Source of the DNA: a bacterium
GTDB taxonomy: Bacteria > Patescibacteriota > Microgenomatia > UBA1400 > UBA12108
NCBI GenBank assembly: GCA_037133595.1
Contig: JBAXNV010000003.1
Span: 1 to 55,583 of the forward strand
DNA length: 55,583 nucleotides
Reading direction: 5' to 3'
The translations under genes and the position numbers were made by a program. The notes under the pieces were generated by a model. That model worked only from the letters and a program-made list of their open reading frames with translations. It did no database searches and was not told the origin of the DNA. Below are positions 37,629-46,745 of the stretch, in pieces; position 1 is the stretch's first letter; each line of letters opens with the position of its first letter.

Positions 37629-38879
37629 ATGACGAAAGATGGTGATAATATACTTTTTGTGTCAGCCGATGGCATCCCCTTTGACCGCCCACGCCGTGCA
37701 AATCATACCTCCAAACCCTCCTTTATAGAAATATTTGAACGAGTTTCGTCATCAACTGCAGAGGAAGGTGGTGTAACTATTTCAGGCATTACACAAGATA
37801 TTTACGATTTACGAGATGGTGATGATGCGGTTGCAATTAGTGCCCAAGCAAAACTTGTTTCTTTGGGAGTAGCGGTAGTACCTGCGCTTGTGCGATGCTT
37901 TGAATTAACTGTTCCTCCCGGATTGGAAGATTTTGGAGTTTCTTCTATCGATGATGAGTATGGCAAAGTAATTGAAATAATTGGCGCACCAGCGACAGAT
38001 GAACTAGTTGATGCAACAGAGATTCCAAATAGATACATGGTTAGACTGAGAGCGATAAATGCATTAGGGAGAATTAAAGATGGTGATGCGACTAAAATAA
38101 TTCCAGGAGTTCTAGGTGCAATGGAAGAGGTCGCGAGCGAAACAGCTGATACTAATATTTATAGTACGAATGGTTTATTAATCAAAGAGGCTGGTAATGT
38201 TTTAAAAAATCTAAAAACTACAGACCCATTAAGTCATTCACGCATTTTGGCTTTGTTATCGCATCACGATGGATTGATTAGAGAATGTGGCTACCAGGCT
38301 ATTTCACATCACGTGAATGCACAGACTGCTGTTCCAGCACTTATAAATAATTTTAATGAAGAAGAAAAGAGAAAAAACGGAGAATATAATGTTCACATAG
38401 AAATATTACAAGGGTATATCCTGCACGCCTTGGCAAGATACGGTAAGGAAGACTCTAGAGTTGCCCCATTTCTTATTGACCAAGCTCTAAATAACATCTT
38501 CGCTGAAAGTGATGCTCGTCAAGTGATCGAGCCAAAAAATTGTAATGCCGAAGATGTTGTCCCATTTATGATTGCTGAGTTGAAAAATCCAACTGGCAAA
38601 ACAGGGCCTGCCTTACATATTATACAAAATTATGGAACTGCAGCGAGTGAAGCTGTCCCACTTATTATTGAAATGATTAATCAAAAACAGCTTGATCAAA
38701 AGAATTGTGATGAGGAAGTAATCGCATTAGGTGTCATTGCGTTAAAACTAGCTGAACCATTACAAGGACAAGCAAAAGAGGCTTTAGAAAAATACAAAGA
38801 TGTATATCTTTATCGTGGTTGGATTGATATTGTGGAAAAACTCTACTCTGATTCTGACTTGCCATTATCAGACAATTAA
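37629..38879 (+). CDS. HEAT/PBS-lyase-like repeat protein
   Basis: Repeats of 'AVVPALV', 'VRLRAINALG.I', 'AVPALI' and 'A.EAVPLII'. Start placed after TGtTAAAAT. Confidence 0.75.
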   Translation: MTKDGDNILFVSADGIPFDRPRRANHTSKPSFIEIFERVSSSTAEEGGVTISGITQDIYDLRDGDDAVAISAQAKLVSLGVAVVPALVRCFELTVPPGLEDFGVSSIDDEYGKVIEIIGAPATDELVDATEIPNRYMVRLRAINALGRIKDGDATKIIPGVLGAMEEVASETADTNIYSTNGLLIKEAGNVLKNLKTTDPLSHSRILALLSHHDGLIRECGYQAISHHVNAQTAVPALINNFNEEEKRKNGEYNVHIEILQGYILHALARYGKEDSRVAPFLIDQALNNIFAESDARQVIEPKNCNAEDVVPFMIAELKNPTGKTGPALHIIQNYGTAASEAVPLIIEMINQKQLDQKNCDEEVIALGVIALKLAEPLQGQAKEALEKYKDVYLYRGWIDIVEKLYSDSDLPLSDN

Positions 38880-38902
38880 ACTGAACTAAGCTAATAAAAT
38901 TA

Positions 38903-41539
38903 TTATGAAATATCGGGGTAGTGACATTTTTTGAATTTTTTTCCGCTCCCACACCAGCACGGATCATTGCGGCCCAAACTGGTTGCGACGATTGGAGTAA
39001 TAGTTCCCTGACTAGAGGATTTGAGAACTACCCTTGGTGGCTTTGGGGCTGGCTGAGCGGTGGGATTGATACGGAAAATCTTAGCAACAACCTCACTCTC
39101 GATCGCACCAATAAGCACGCCAAAAGTGGTGTAAGCCTCTTGCTGATATTCTACGAGCGGGTCTTTGTTGGCATAGCCACGCAGACCAATGCCATCGCGC
39201 AAGCTCTCCATATTGTCGAGGTGGTCCATCCATTTGGCATCAATTGTTGTTAGATAGATATATTTCTCTATCTCACGCACAAGCACCCCACCTAGATTTT
39301 GCTCTCTAGTTTCGTAAGTAGAAGTGGCAATATCACCGAGTGATTTGATAATAAGATCCCCATTTTTGGTTTTCTTTAGTTCGTCGGCAAGCTTCTTTTG
39401 AGAGCCGTCGTCGAAGGGAATAATCGTGACAAACTCTTTGATAATGGCATCATGTTCAACCTTACTTATCCCTTCGGTGATACGAGAATTGACGATTAAC
39501 TCGATCTCATCATTTAGTAAATCCAAAATTCTAGTTTTTAATTTCTCTGGAGTCGACTCGGCTTCGGCAAGAATACCATTGCGGAGCTCATAGATAACAC
39601 TACGTTGCTTGTTCATGACGTCGTCATACTCGACAACTCTTTTGCGCATATCAAAATAAAATCCTTCGACCTTGGTCTGGGCGGTTTCTAGGGCCTTACT
39701 TACCATACTATGTTCGATGGCTTCATCCTCTGGGATGTTGAGCGCAGTCATAATGCTTGCGATACGATCGCCGCCAAAAATGCGCATAAGATCGTCTTCG
39801 AGACTAACGTAGAAGCGAGAAGACCCTGGGTCACCCTGGCGCCCTGAGCGGCCACGAAGCTGGTTGTCGATACGCCTGCTGTCGTGTCTCTCACTACCGA
39901 TAACGTGGAGTCCGCCGGCGGCAATTACTTTGTCATGATCTTTTTGCCAATCCTTCTTTTCCCTACCCTCTTTGGTTCCACCAAGAATAATGTCAACTCC
40001 GCGGCCCGCAATGTTGGTAGCAACCGTGATAGCTCCTGGGCGACCAGCCTCGGCGATGATGTGAGCCTCGTTCTCGTGATTTTTGGCATTGAGTACTTGG
40101 TGAGGGAGATTTTTTCTTTTGAGATATTTGGAGATTATTTGATTGTTATCAATACTTTTGGTACCTATTAATACAGGCTGGCCTGCGGCGTAACATTCTT
40201 CTACTGCCTTGGCAATTGCCTGGTACTTGGCACGGGTTGTCTTGTAAATGAGATCAGACTTGTCTGTTCTTTTGATTTGCTGGTGAGTGGGGATAACCAA
40301 AACCTCGAGCTTGTAAATCTTTTTAAATTCTTCGGCCTCTGTCATTGCAGTTCCAGTCATACCTGCAAGTCGCTCGTACATGCGGAAGTAATTTTGCAAA
40401 GAGATAGTCGCGAGAGTTCTACTCTCCTCTTTGATCTCGACCCCTTCTTTGGCCTCGATTGCCTGATGCAAGCCGTCGCTGTAGCGCCTGCCAAACATCA
40501 TTCGCCCGGTGTGTTCGTCAACGATTATTACCTCGCCCTCTTTGACAACGTAATCTTTGTCGCGTTCAAAAAGTGTTGCTGCTTTGAGCGCAGTCTCAAC
40601 ATGATGAACGGTGTCGTAGCTTTCTTCGTACAGATTTTTTATCCCAAGACGCTGCTCCAGCCTTCGCACCCCATAATCGGTAAGGGTTGCTGTGCGCAAC
40701 TTCTCATCTACCTCATAGTCGCTACCTTTGGTTAGTGTTGTTACCAACTTGGCCATCTCAAAATATTTATCTGTTGGTTCGGCATCGGGGGCACTAATAA
40801 TCAGGGGGGTACGCGCCTCGTCGATCAAGATCGAGTCGACCTCGTCGACAATTGCATAGTAGTGGCCGCGCTGCACCTTCTGTGGAAGCGTCTGCACCAT
40901 ATTATCGCGCAGATAATCAAAACCAAACTCATTGTTGGTGCCATAGGTAATATCGGCGAGATATGCCTCCTGGCGAGGAATATGGCGAAGGTGAATCAAG
41001 CGCTCGTCATCTTCTGCTGGGTCGATGTGGGACATGTCGAGGATACTCGCTGGCTGGTCGCCCATACCAGAATATATAACGCCGACTGAAAGACCAAGAA
41101 GAGTGTGTGCACGCCCATACCAACCGGCGTCGCGACGGGCTAGATAATCATTGACTGTAACAATGTGAACACCGCGCCCCATAATGGCCGCGGCATAAGC
41201 GGCGAGTGCTGCGGATAGAGTCTTGCCCTCACCGGTTTTTTGCTCGGCAATAACGCCACCATGCAAGGCAAGTGCAGCAATAAGCTGTACATCGTAGGCG
41301 CGCTCACCAGTAATGCGGCGAATTCCCTCTCTTATAGTTGCAAGAGCTTCGGGAAGGATAGATTCTTCACTTTCACCCTCTTGGAGTCTTTTTTTGAGCT
41401 CGGCGGTCTTGCCTGGAAGTTCTTTGTCTTTGAGATTTTTAATACTCTCTTCGAAAGAGTTAATCTGCTCCACAATAGGGGCAAACTTCTTGAGTTCTTT
41501 GGCGTTGGTGTCGAAGAGCTTGGTAATGAAATTTAACAT
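38903..41539 (-). CDS. secA: Preprotein translocase subunit SecA
   Basis: KTGEGKT, VTVNDYLA, DEVDSILIDEARTPLIIS, QLRGRSGRQGDPG and the SEC-C motif GRNDPCWCGSGKKFKKCH. Confidence 0.99.
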   Translation of the reverse strand: MLNFITKLFDTNAKELKKFAPIVEQINSFEESIKNLKDKELPGKTAELKKRLQEGESEESILPEALATIREGIRRITGERAYDVQLIAALALHGGVIAEQKTGEGKTLSAALAAYAAAIMGRGVHIVTVNDYLARRDAGWYGRAHTLLGLSVGVIYSGMGDQPASILDMSHIDPAEDDERLIHLRHIPRQEAYLADITYGTNNEFGFDYLRDNMVQTLPQKVQRGHYYAIVDEVDSILIDEARTPLIISAPDAEPTDKYFEMAKLVTTLTKGSDYEVDEKLRTATLTDYGVRRLEQRLGIKNLYEESYDTVHHVETALKAATLFERDKDYVVKEGEVIIVDEHTGRMMFGRRYSDGLHQAIEAKEGVEIKEESRTLATISLQNYFRMYERLAGMTGTAMTEAEEFKKIYKLEVLVIPTHQQIKRTDKSDLIYKTTRAKYQAIAKAVEECYAAGQPVLIGTKSIDNNQIISKYLKRKNLPHQVLNAKNHENEAHIIAEAGRPGAITVATNIAGRGVDIILGGTKEGREKKDWQKDHDKVIAAGGLHVIGSERHDSRRIDNQLRGRSGRQGDPGSSRFYVSLEDDLMRIFGGDRIASIMTALNIPEDEAIEHSMVSKALETAQTKVEGFYFDMRKRVVEYDDVMNKQRSVIYELRNGILAEAESTPEKLKTRILDLLNDEIELIVNSRITEGISKVEHDAIIKEFVTIIPFDDGSQKKLADELKKTKNGDLIIKSLGDIATSTYETREQNLGGVLVREIEKYIYLTTIDAKWMDHLDNMESLRDGIGLRGYANKDPLVEYQQEAYTTFGVLIGAIESEVVAKIFRINPTAQPAPKPPRVVLKSSSQGTITPIVATSLGRNDPCWCGSGKKFKKCHYPDIS

Positions 41540-41542
41540 GAC

Positions 41543-42172
41543 TTAGAGTATATCACGGAGGAAGGTAGCTAGCGCTTGGGAAGACTCTTCGTAGTTGCGG
41601 GGATCGTAGAGAAAGGTAGTCCACCCTAGGCTTTTGGCTGGTTCAAGATTTTCTGAGAGGTTGTCGATAAAGAGAATCTCGTTGTGGGGAACCCCAGCGG
41701 ATGCCTGAGCAATATTATAGATCTCGAGCTCTGGCTTGTAGGCATGAGCAATACTACTATCTACGATTTGATCCCAAACAGTAGAAGGGAGTAGGCCACG
41801 CTCCTCGATTCCAACGAGTAAATTGGGGTACATATTGGTGAGCAGGCCCAATTTGTACTTGGGTTGAAGAGAGTCGAGAATGGGCCAAAGCGAAAGGTTG
41901 GGGGAAAACTTGGAGGTCATATAACCACGCAGGGAAAAGTTTGGTGGAAACTTGATATCTAGTTTTTGCTCGAGCTCGGGCATAAGCGAGTCAATGTCGA
42001 TCTTGCCCTCATTGGCAGCTGGCTCATACTTGTCATAGAGTTGGTCGCAAAGTTGGTCTTTGTCGGGTGGTACACCAAGAAACTGTTTCATCTCCTGCCA
42101 TTTATTGGTCGCAGAAAAGTCTTTAATAAGTACCCCGCCGACGTCGAAGTAGACAAAAGATATTTTATTCAT
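41543..42172 (-). CDS. HAD-superfamily phosphatase (YihX-like)
   Basis: FDVGGVL, LLTN, KP..IY and FIDN motifs; overlaps the serS stop. Confidence 0.9.
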   Translation of the reverse strand: MNKISFVYFDVGGVLIKDFSATNKWQEMKQFLGVPPDKDQLCDQLYDKYEPAANEGKIDIDSLMPELEQKLDIKFPPNFSLRGYMTSKFSPNLSLWPILDSLQPKYKLGLLTNMYPNLLVGIEERGLLPSTVWDQIVDSSIAHAYKPELEIYNIAQASAGVPHNEILFIDNLSENLEPAKSLGWTTFLYDPRNYEESSQALATFLRDIL

Positions 42173-43430
42173 TGGATTTGACGCTGATTTTGTCAAAACC
42201 TGTGTACTTGACTAAACATTTGGGGATCTTTACTGAGCCGTCATCTTGCTGGAAGTTTTCGTAGATCGCAATCATGGCACGGCCAAGAGCAAAGACAGTG
42301 CCATTGAGCGTGTGGAGATACTCAGTATGCCCGCCGCGATTGAGCTTGATACCAAGCGCGCGACTTTGAAAATCTGTAGTGTTACTGGTACTGGTTACCT
42401 CGCGGTACTTGGTTTGCGATGGCATCCATGCTTCGATATCGTACTTGCGAGTTGCAGCATTGCCAAGATCGCCGGTTGCCATTTTGATTACCTGGTAAGG
42501 AATACCAAGTTGTTGCCAAAGACCCTCTTCGATGGCAAGTAGTTTGTCGTGCCAAACATCAGACTCTTCGGGTTTGCAAAAAACAACCATTTCGACTTTG
42601 CGAAACTCGTGGACGCGTAAGATCCCGCGAACATCTTTGCCATAACTACCTCGCTCTTTGCGATAGCACGAAGAATAGCCTGCGTATGCTTTGGGGAGTT
42701 CTTTCTCAACAAAAGTTTCATTCTCATGCATGCCAACCAACGTGATCTCAGCTGTTGCAATCAAATCCAAATCCTCGTCTTCGATATGATAAACTTGGCG
42801 CTCTTTGTCGCTTCTAGCCTGAAAGCCACAGCCGACCATGTTCTTTTCTTTGGCCATATTTGGAGTAATTACGGGGGTAAAGCCCTGTTTACCTAGCTCG
42901 CTAAAAGCAAAGTTGATAAGCGCCATTTCCAAGAGTGCTCCCTTGCCCTTGAGGTAGTAAAAGCCAGATTGAGAAACTTTGGCGCCGCGTTCTATGTCGA
43001 TTGTATCTGTGAGCTCACCTATCTCCACGTGATCCTTTACGGGGTAAGAAAAATTGGGTACTTGTCCAACAGTTTTTACTACTTCATTGTCTTCAGGAGT
43101 ACCTACTCTGACATCGGGAGCCGATGGATTGGGAATCCGGAGCATGAGAATGGCGAACTGAGATTCGAGCTCTGCGAGAGAGGCTTCTAGTGACTCCAAT
43201 GAATTTTTGAGATCTTTGCTACGCGCAATCATCTCGTCACTACGACTTGTTTTGAGCTCAAGATTTAGCTTGTTTCTCTCGGCTCTAATTGCTTCTACCT
43301 GGCCGATCAACTGCCGACGGTTTTTGTCGACATTTAATAGATCATCGATGACTGCTGCGTCAAATCCCTTGGCTTTTGTAGCCTTTTTTATAATCTCTGC
43401 GTTATCTCTAATATATTGAATATCTAGCAT
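42165..43430 (-). CDS. serS: Serine--tRNA ligase
   Basis: MLDIQYIR, ATAE, CYRKE.G, RVHEF.KVE, YREVTS.SN.TDFQ and HTLNGT motifs. Confidence 0.99.
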   Translation of the reverse strand: MLDIQYIRDNAEIIKKATKAKGFDAAVIDDLLNVDKNRRQLIGQVEAIRAERNKLNLELKTSRSDEMIARSKDLKNSLESLEASLAELESQFAILMLRIPNPSAPDVRVGTPEDNEVVKTVGQVPNFSYPVKDHVEIGELTDTIDIERGAKVSQSGFYYLKGKGALLEMALINFAFSELGKQGFTPVITPNMAKEKNMVGCGFQARSDKERQVYHIEDEDLDLIATAEITLVGMHENETFVEKELPKAYAGYSSCYRKERGSYGKDVRGILRVHEFRKVEMVVFCKPEESDVWHDKLLAIEEGLWQQLGIPYQVIKMATGDLGNAATRKYDIEAWMPSQTKYREVTSTSNTTDFQSRALGIKLNRGGHTEYLHTLNGTVFALGRAMIAIYENFQQDDGSVKIPKCLVKYTGFDKISVKSNE

Positions 43431-43451
43431 AGTGACTCCTTTTAATGATTA

Positions 43452-44087
43452 TTATAGTGCATGTAAGGCAAGGTTGGTGCGAAAGTATCGAAGATGTGAA
43501 TCTTCATTGATTTTTTCGATTGTCGCAATACCTTGGTCGATACTGATCGTCGTAATACCTGCAGGATGAAGGTGGAAATCCCAAAAATGACTGGAGGGAA
43601 GATTTATTAGATTTGCCACAGCCATGCGAATAATGTTGTCGTGGGTAACAAATACAGTATTAGCTTTGACTTGAATAGCTTCTTGGAACCATTCATCCAC
43701 CCTTTTACTAAGCAAGACGAAAGACTCTCCATTGGGAAAGGAGACACTGCCCGGATCATGATTCCAGCTATTTAAGATGCTTGCCCACTTACTCTCTATT
43801 TCTGACTTGGACTTGCCCTCCCAATCCCCATGGTTTGTCTCCAAGAGCCGAACGTCGATTTGGATTGGAATCTTGGTAGTTAGACTGATTTGCTCGGCAG
43901 TTTTGTAGGTACGCGTAAGAGGGCTGGCAAAGATAGCCCCAAGCTGCTTGTCGGCAAATACGGCGGAAAGAGTTTGGATCTGGTGATAACCTAAAAGAGA
44001 AAGATCGGTATTGTACGTTTGTCCTTGATAGATTCCCTGAGTATTTGCGATAGACTCGCCATGCCGAATTAGATAAATTTTTACCAC
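43452..44087 (-). CDS. Histidine phosphatase, probable metal-independent phosphoserine phosphatase (PspA/iPSP-like)
   Basis: RHGES, YQG, SPL.R, E..HG.W.G, GES and THD motifs, with a C-terminal extension ending HAL. GTG start with SD AGGGGG. Lies upstream of serS and downstream of a Ser T-box. Confidence 0.8.
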   Translation of the reverse strand: MVKIYLIRHGESIANTQGIYQGQTYNTDLSLLGYHQIQTLSAVFADKQLGAIFASPLTRTYKTAEQISLTTKIPIQIDVRLLETNHGDWEGKSKSEIESKWASILNSWNHDPGSVSFPNGESFVLLSKRVDEWFQEAIQVKANTVFVTHDNIIRMAVANLINLPSSHFWDFHLHPAGITTISIDQGIATIEKINEDSHLRYFRTNLALHAL

Positions 44088-44230
44088 TATTACCCCCTGT
44101 CCTGCTCACGGCCTTTTGGGAGGTGCCACCTTGCGCTAATTCTTGATTGTACTGCGATCACGGGCTTACCCGGAAGAGTTATTACCCTCTCCAGCTTGTT
44201 TTGGTGGAAATCCAAAACTTGTAACGCTGT
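44088..44230 (-). promoter_or_regulatory. T-box riboswitch, Ser-specific (UCC), ultra-short Stem I, probably translational
   Basis: Minus strand: CAGC..GUUUUGG-AUUUCCA-CCAAAAC..GCUG (Stem I with UCC in the terminal loop); hairpin GGAGAGGGU-AAUA-ACUCUUCC (Stem II); GGG-UAAG-CCC-GUGAUC (IIA/B-like); AAGG-UGGCACC T-box bulge (44122-44128). ACCUCC can pair with the SD GGGGGU. No U-tract terminator. Confidence 0.82.
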
Positions 44231-44246
44231 TATTTAATTTAGAGAT

Positions 44247-44255
44247 AGTATAGCA
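44247..44255 (-). promoter_or_regulatory. Extended -10 promoter (TGcTATACT) for the T-box leader
   Basis: Sits about 17 nt upstream of Stem I. Confidence 0.6.
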
Positions 44256-44283
44256 CTTTTGGTTAAGCAGGGAGAGAATTATA

Positions 44284-45729
44284 TTATTTTAACTGGGGGA
44301 GTACATCATGTTGGGATGACATGCGATGACGAAGTAAAAATGTAGTATCAGTACCCATACGACTTGAGTTAATCGTTTTGACAAATTGAGTACTAGAATT
44401 TTGATATTGTAGTGAGGTATACAGATCTACAATATCTCTGGGAAGATTCTCTGATCCCCACCCATATACCAAATCTTCTGGGGAACAAATATGAATACTG
44501 TTAATAAATTGTTCCGGAGCAATTCCACTATGAGACTCTAGATACATCTCTCCAAAATTCTGGGTATCTGGTACTGAATAGTATTTGTACTGAAACCCTC
44601 CTTTTTTTGTAGTAAGTCTGTAAATGTCCTGAGAATCGATAATTTTTCTCCTACGCGCAGGTCCTTGCCATTTGCTTTTTGGTGGTGGAGCATCTGGATC
44701 TGGCTCGTATACAATTCTTTTGTTCGGTTGTGAAAACAACAGATCCCCATTTTTGTCCATCCCAATGCGAAATATCTTTTCACTTTCATCTTCATGATTC
44801 TGAATTACTAATTCTAGATCATGATGGGCTTCGACATCTCTTTTCATCAACAAGAGGAGTTTTTTTTGAAGTGAAAAGTTGATATTATGAGACTGCTCTA
44901 CTGAGGCACCGTCAATATACCCATCTAGCTCGATTAGTTCTTGTATTAGCGAGTAACGAAGCAAATGCTGTGTCTCGGTAATATGCTGCGTAAATATTTG
45001 TTTTAATAATGCGGGCGAAGAGAATAAGCGCGTCGTGAGCTCGCTATTTCTTTCTGGATCCGTTACAACAAAGCGCTTGGATAAATCTGGTGTACGTAAA
45101 GCAGATATCTGCCCAATGAGCGAGCTGTCGTTTACATCTAAAGCATAAATTGACCAGCACTTCTGGCCATCGATAGTAATAATCTCAAAAATTGAGTTAT
45201 GGATCAGCTCAGATAGTTGGGTGCTGTCTCTAAGGATTTGTTCTGGATCCTGAGTTTGAGTATCATCGCAAACGGCAACATCTGTTCGAAGGAGTATCGC
45301 CTCGATTAATTCACTGTATTCTCTTTGCAACTCTAGATTTGACTTGGTTTCCTCAGAAGATGAGTTATCTTTTGTAACATATTCTTGTAGCTCTGAGATT
45401 CGCAATTCATTTTCTTCTGGCAATGAAAGTTGATCCGCGACTTGTAGTACTTGATCAAAATCGCCAACATCTACTGGCGCAGGGAATTCGTCAACAATGC
45501 CATCTAGAGCCTCCAACTTGAGTGAGTCTCCCAAACGCAACATCCTTATGAAGTAATCCTCGAACTGCTCCTCAGGAGATATTATATGTGAATGCCTAAG
45601 ATGAGACTCGACTAGATCGATGTGTCGAAATGGATTATGACTAGACAAACTCTTGGCGATAAGTTGCGGCAATATTTGCTCAAAGGCACCTGAGTTGTCT
45701 GGTTCTGGCAAGGATTCAATCTTAGACAT
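44284..45729 (-). CDS. Acidic hypothetical protein
   Basis: Long ORF; the start MSKIESL overlaps the Nudix stop. No motif recognised. Confidence 0.75.
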   Translation of the reverse strand: MSKIESLPEPDNSGAFEQILPQLIAKSLSSHNPFRHIDLVESHLRHSHIISPEEQFEDYFIRMLRLGDSLKLEALDGIVDEFPAPVDVGDFDQVLQVADQLSLPEENELRISELQEYVTKDNSSSEETKSNLELQREYSELIEAILLRTDVAVCDDTQTQDPEQILRDSTQLSELIHNSIFEIITIDGQKCWSIYALDVNDSSLIGQISALRTPDLSKRFVVTDPERNSELTTRLFSSPALLKQIFTQHITETQHLLRYSLIQELIELDGYIDGASVEQSHNINFSLQKKLLLLMKRDVEAHHDLELVIQNHEDESEKIFRIGMDKNGDLLFSQPNKRIVYEPDPDAPPPKSKWQGPARRRKIIDSQDIYRLTTKKGGFQYKYYSVPDTQNFGEMYLESHSGIAPEQFINSIHICSPEDLVYGWGSENLPRDIVDLYTSLQYQNSSTQFVKTINSSRMGTDTTFLLRHRMSSQHDVLPQLK

Positions 45730-46192
45730 GTAGGTTGATACTACCAGCTTTGGAGATTTGCGCAAATACTGCTTCAACCGTTTCCTTGGTCTGAGGAAGA
45801 CAGTCGAGAGTATCTAGCTCTGAAAGGGTAAACCAGCGGTAGCTAGCGGTCTCGTGCTCTGGATCGCGAGTGAGATCAATCGCCTGGTCACCGATATCAA
45901 CAGCATAAGTGAGCAAGAGAATGTGAGCTGTTTCCCAGAGCGCTGTCACGGGGACTGGGTACTTGGAGATATAGCCTAGAGGTCCGTCCCCTAGGGTGAC
46001 GCCAAGCTCTTCTTTGAATTCGCGGATTAATGTTTCTTCTGGTTTCTCTCCCCATTCCATCCCACCGCCTGGAATATTCCATTTGAGATGAAAAAGAGGA
46101 TCGGTTGGTTCGTTGCGCTGTGTAAGTAAAAATGATCCATCTTGCCTAACTGCAAGACCCGTTACTCCAACGGTAATAAATTTTTTACTCAC
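45722..46192 (-). CDS. Nudix hydrolase
   Basis: Nudix box GGGMEWGEKPEETLIREFKEELG; GTG start in a GTGA overlap with the HD gene. Confidence 0.9.
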   Translation of the reverse strand: MSKKFITVGVTGLAVRQDGSFLLTQRNEPTDPLFHLKWNIPGGGMEWGEKPEETLIREFKEELGVTLGDGPLGYISKYPVPVTALWETAHILLLTYAVDIGDQAIDLTRDPEHETASYRWFTLSELDTLDCLPQTKETVEAVFAQISKAGSINLHV

Positions 46193-46743
46193 AGTCCAAG
46201 ATCCACTGCGATAGATTGCATGGCGGTGAGTACCAGGGGGATGTGTTCCTCCCACAAGTCTACGCCAAGCTCTTTGGCACCTTCTTCGACTTCTTGGCGA
46301 TTGACGCCAGCGGCAAAGGCTTTGTCTTTCCACTTTTTTTGGATACTTTTTACCTCGACATCCGCTATCTTTTTACTGGGCCTGACAAGTGCGGTTGTGG
46401 TGATAAGACCAGTGAGCTCATCGACGGCAAAAAGAGCTTTGGCAAGTTGGGTTGTACGTGGTGTGCCAGTGTGACTGCCGTGGCCCATGATGGCGTCTAA
46501 AATCTCCTCGTCAACTCCTACTTCACGCAAAATTGGGATACCAAGAACGGGGTGCTCTGCAGCTGTTGGGTGGATCTCCCAGTCGAAGTCATGGAGAAGT
46601 CCAGCTACTCTATATGTCTCCTCACTCTCGCCGAGCTTTTTGGCATAAGCAGCCATAGCTACTTCGACCGCTAGCATGTGGCGGACTAGATTCTCGTTCT
46701 TAACATACTTTCTGACAATTGTTAGGGCTTCGTCGCGAGTCAT
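46189..46743 (-). CDS. HD (HDIG) domain phosphohydrolase
   Basis: LVRHMLAVE, GLLHDFD, AIMGH, DELTGLI and FAAGVNR motifs. Confidence 0.9.
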   Translation of the reverse strand: MTRDEALTIVRKYVKNENLVRHMLAVEVAMAAYAKKLGESEETYRVAGLLHDFDWEIHPTAAEHPVLGIPILREVGVDEEILDAIMGHGSHTGTPRTTQLAKALFAVDELTGLITTTALVRPSKKIADVEVKSIQKKWKDKAFAAGVNRQEVEEGAKELGVDLWEEHIPLVLTAMQSIAVDLGL

Positions 46744-46745
46744 AG

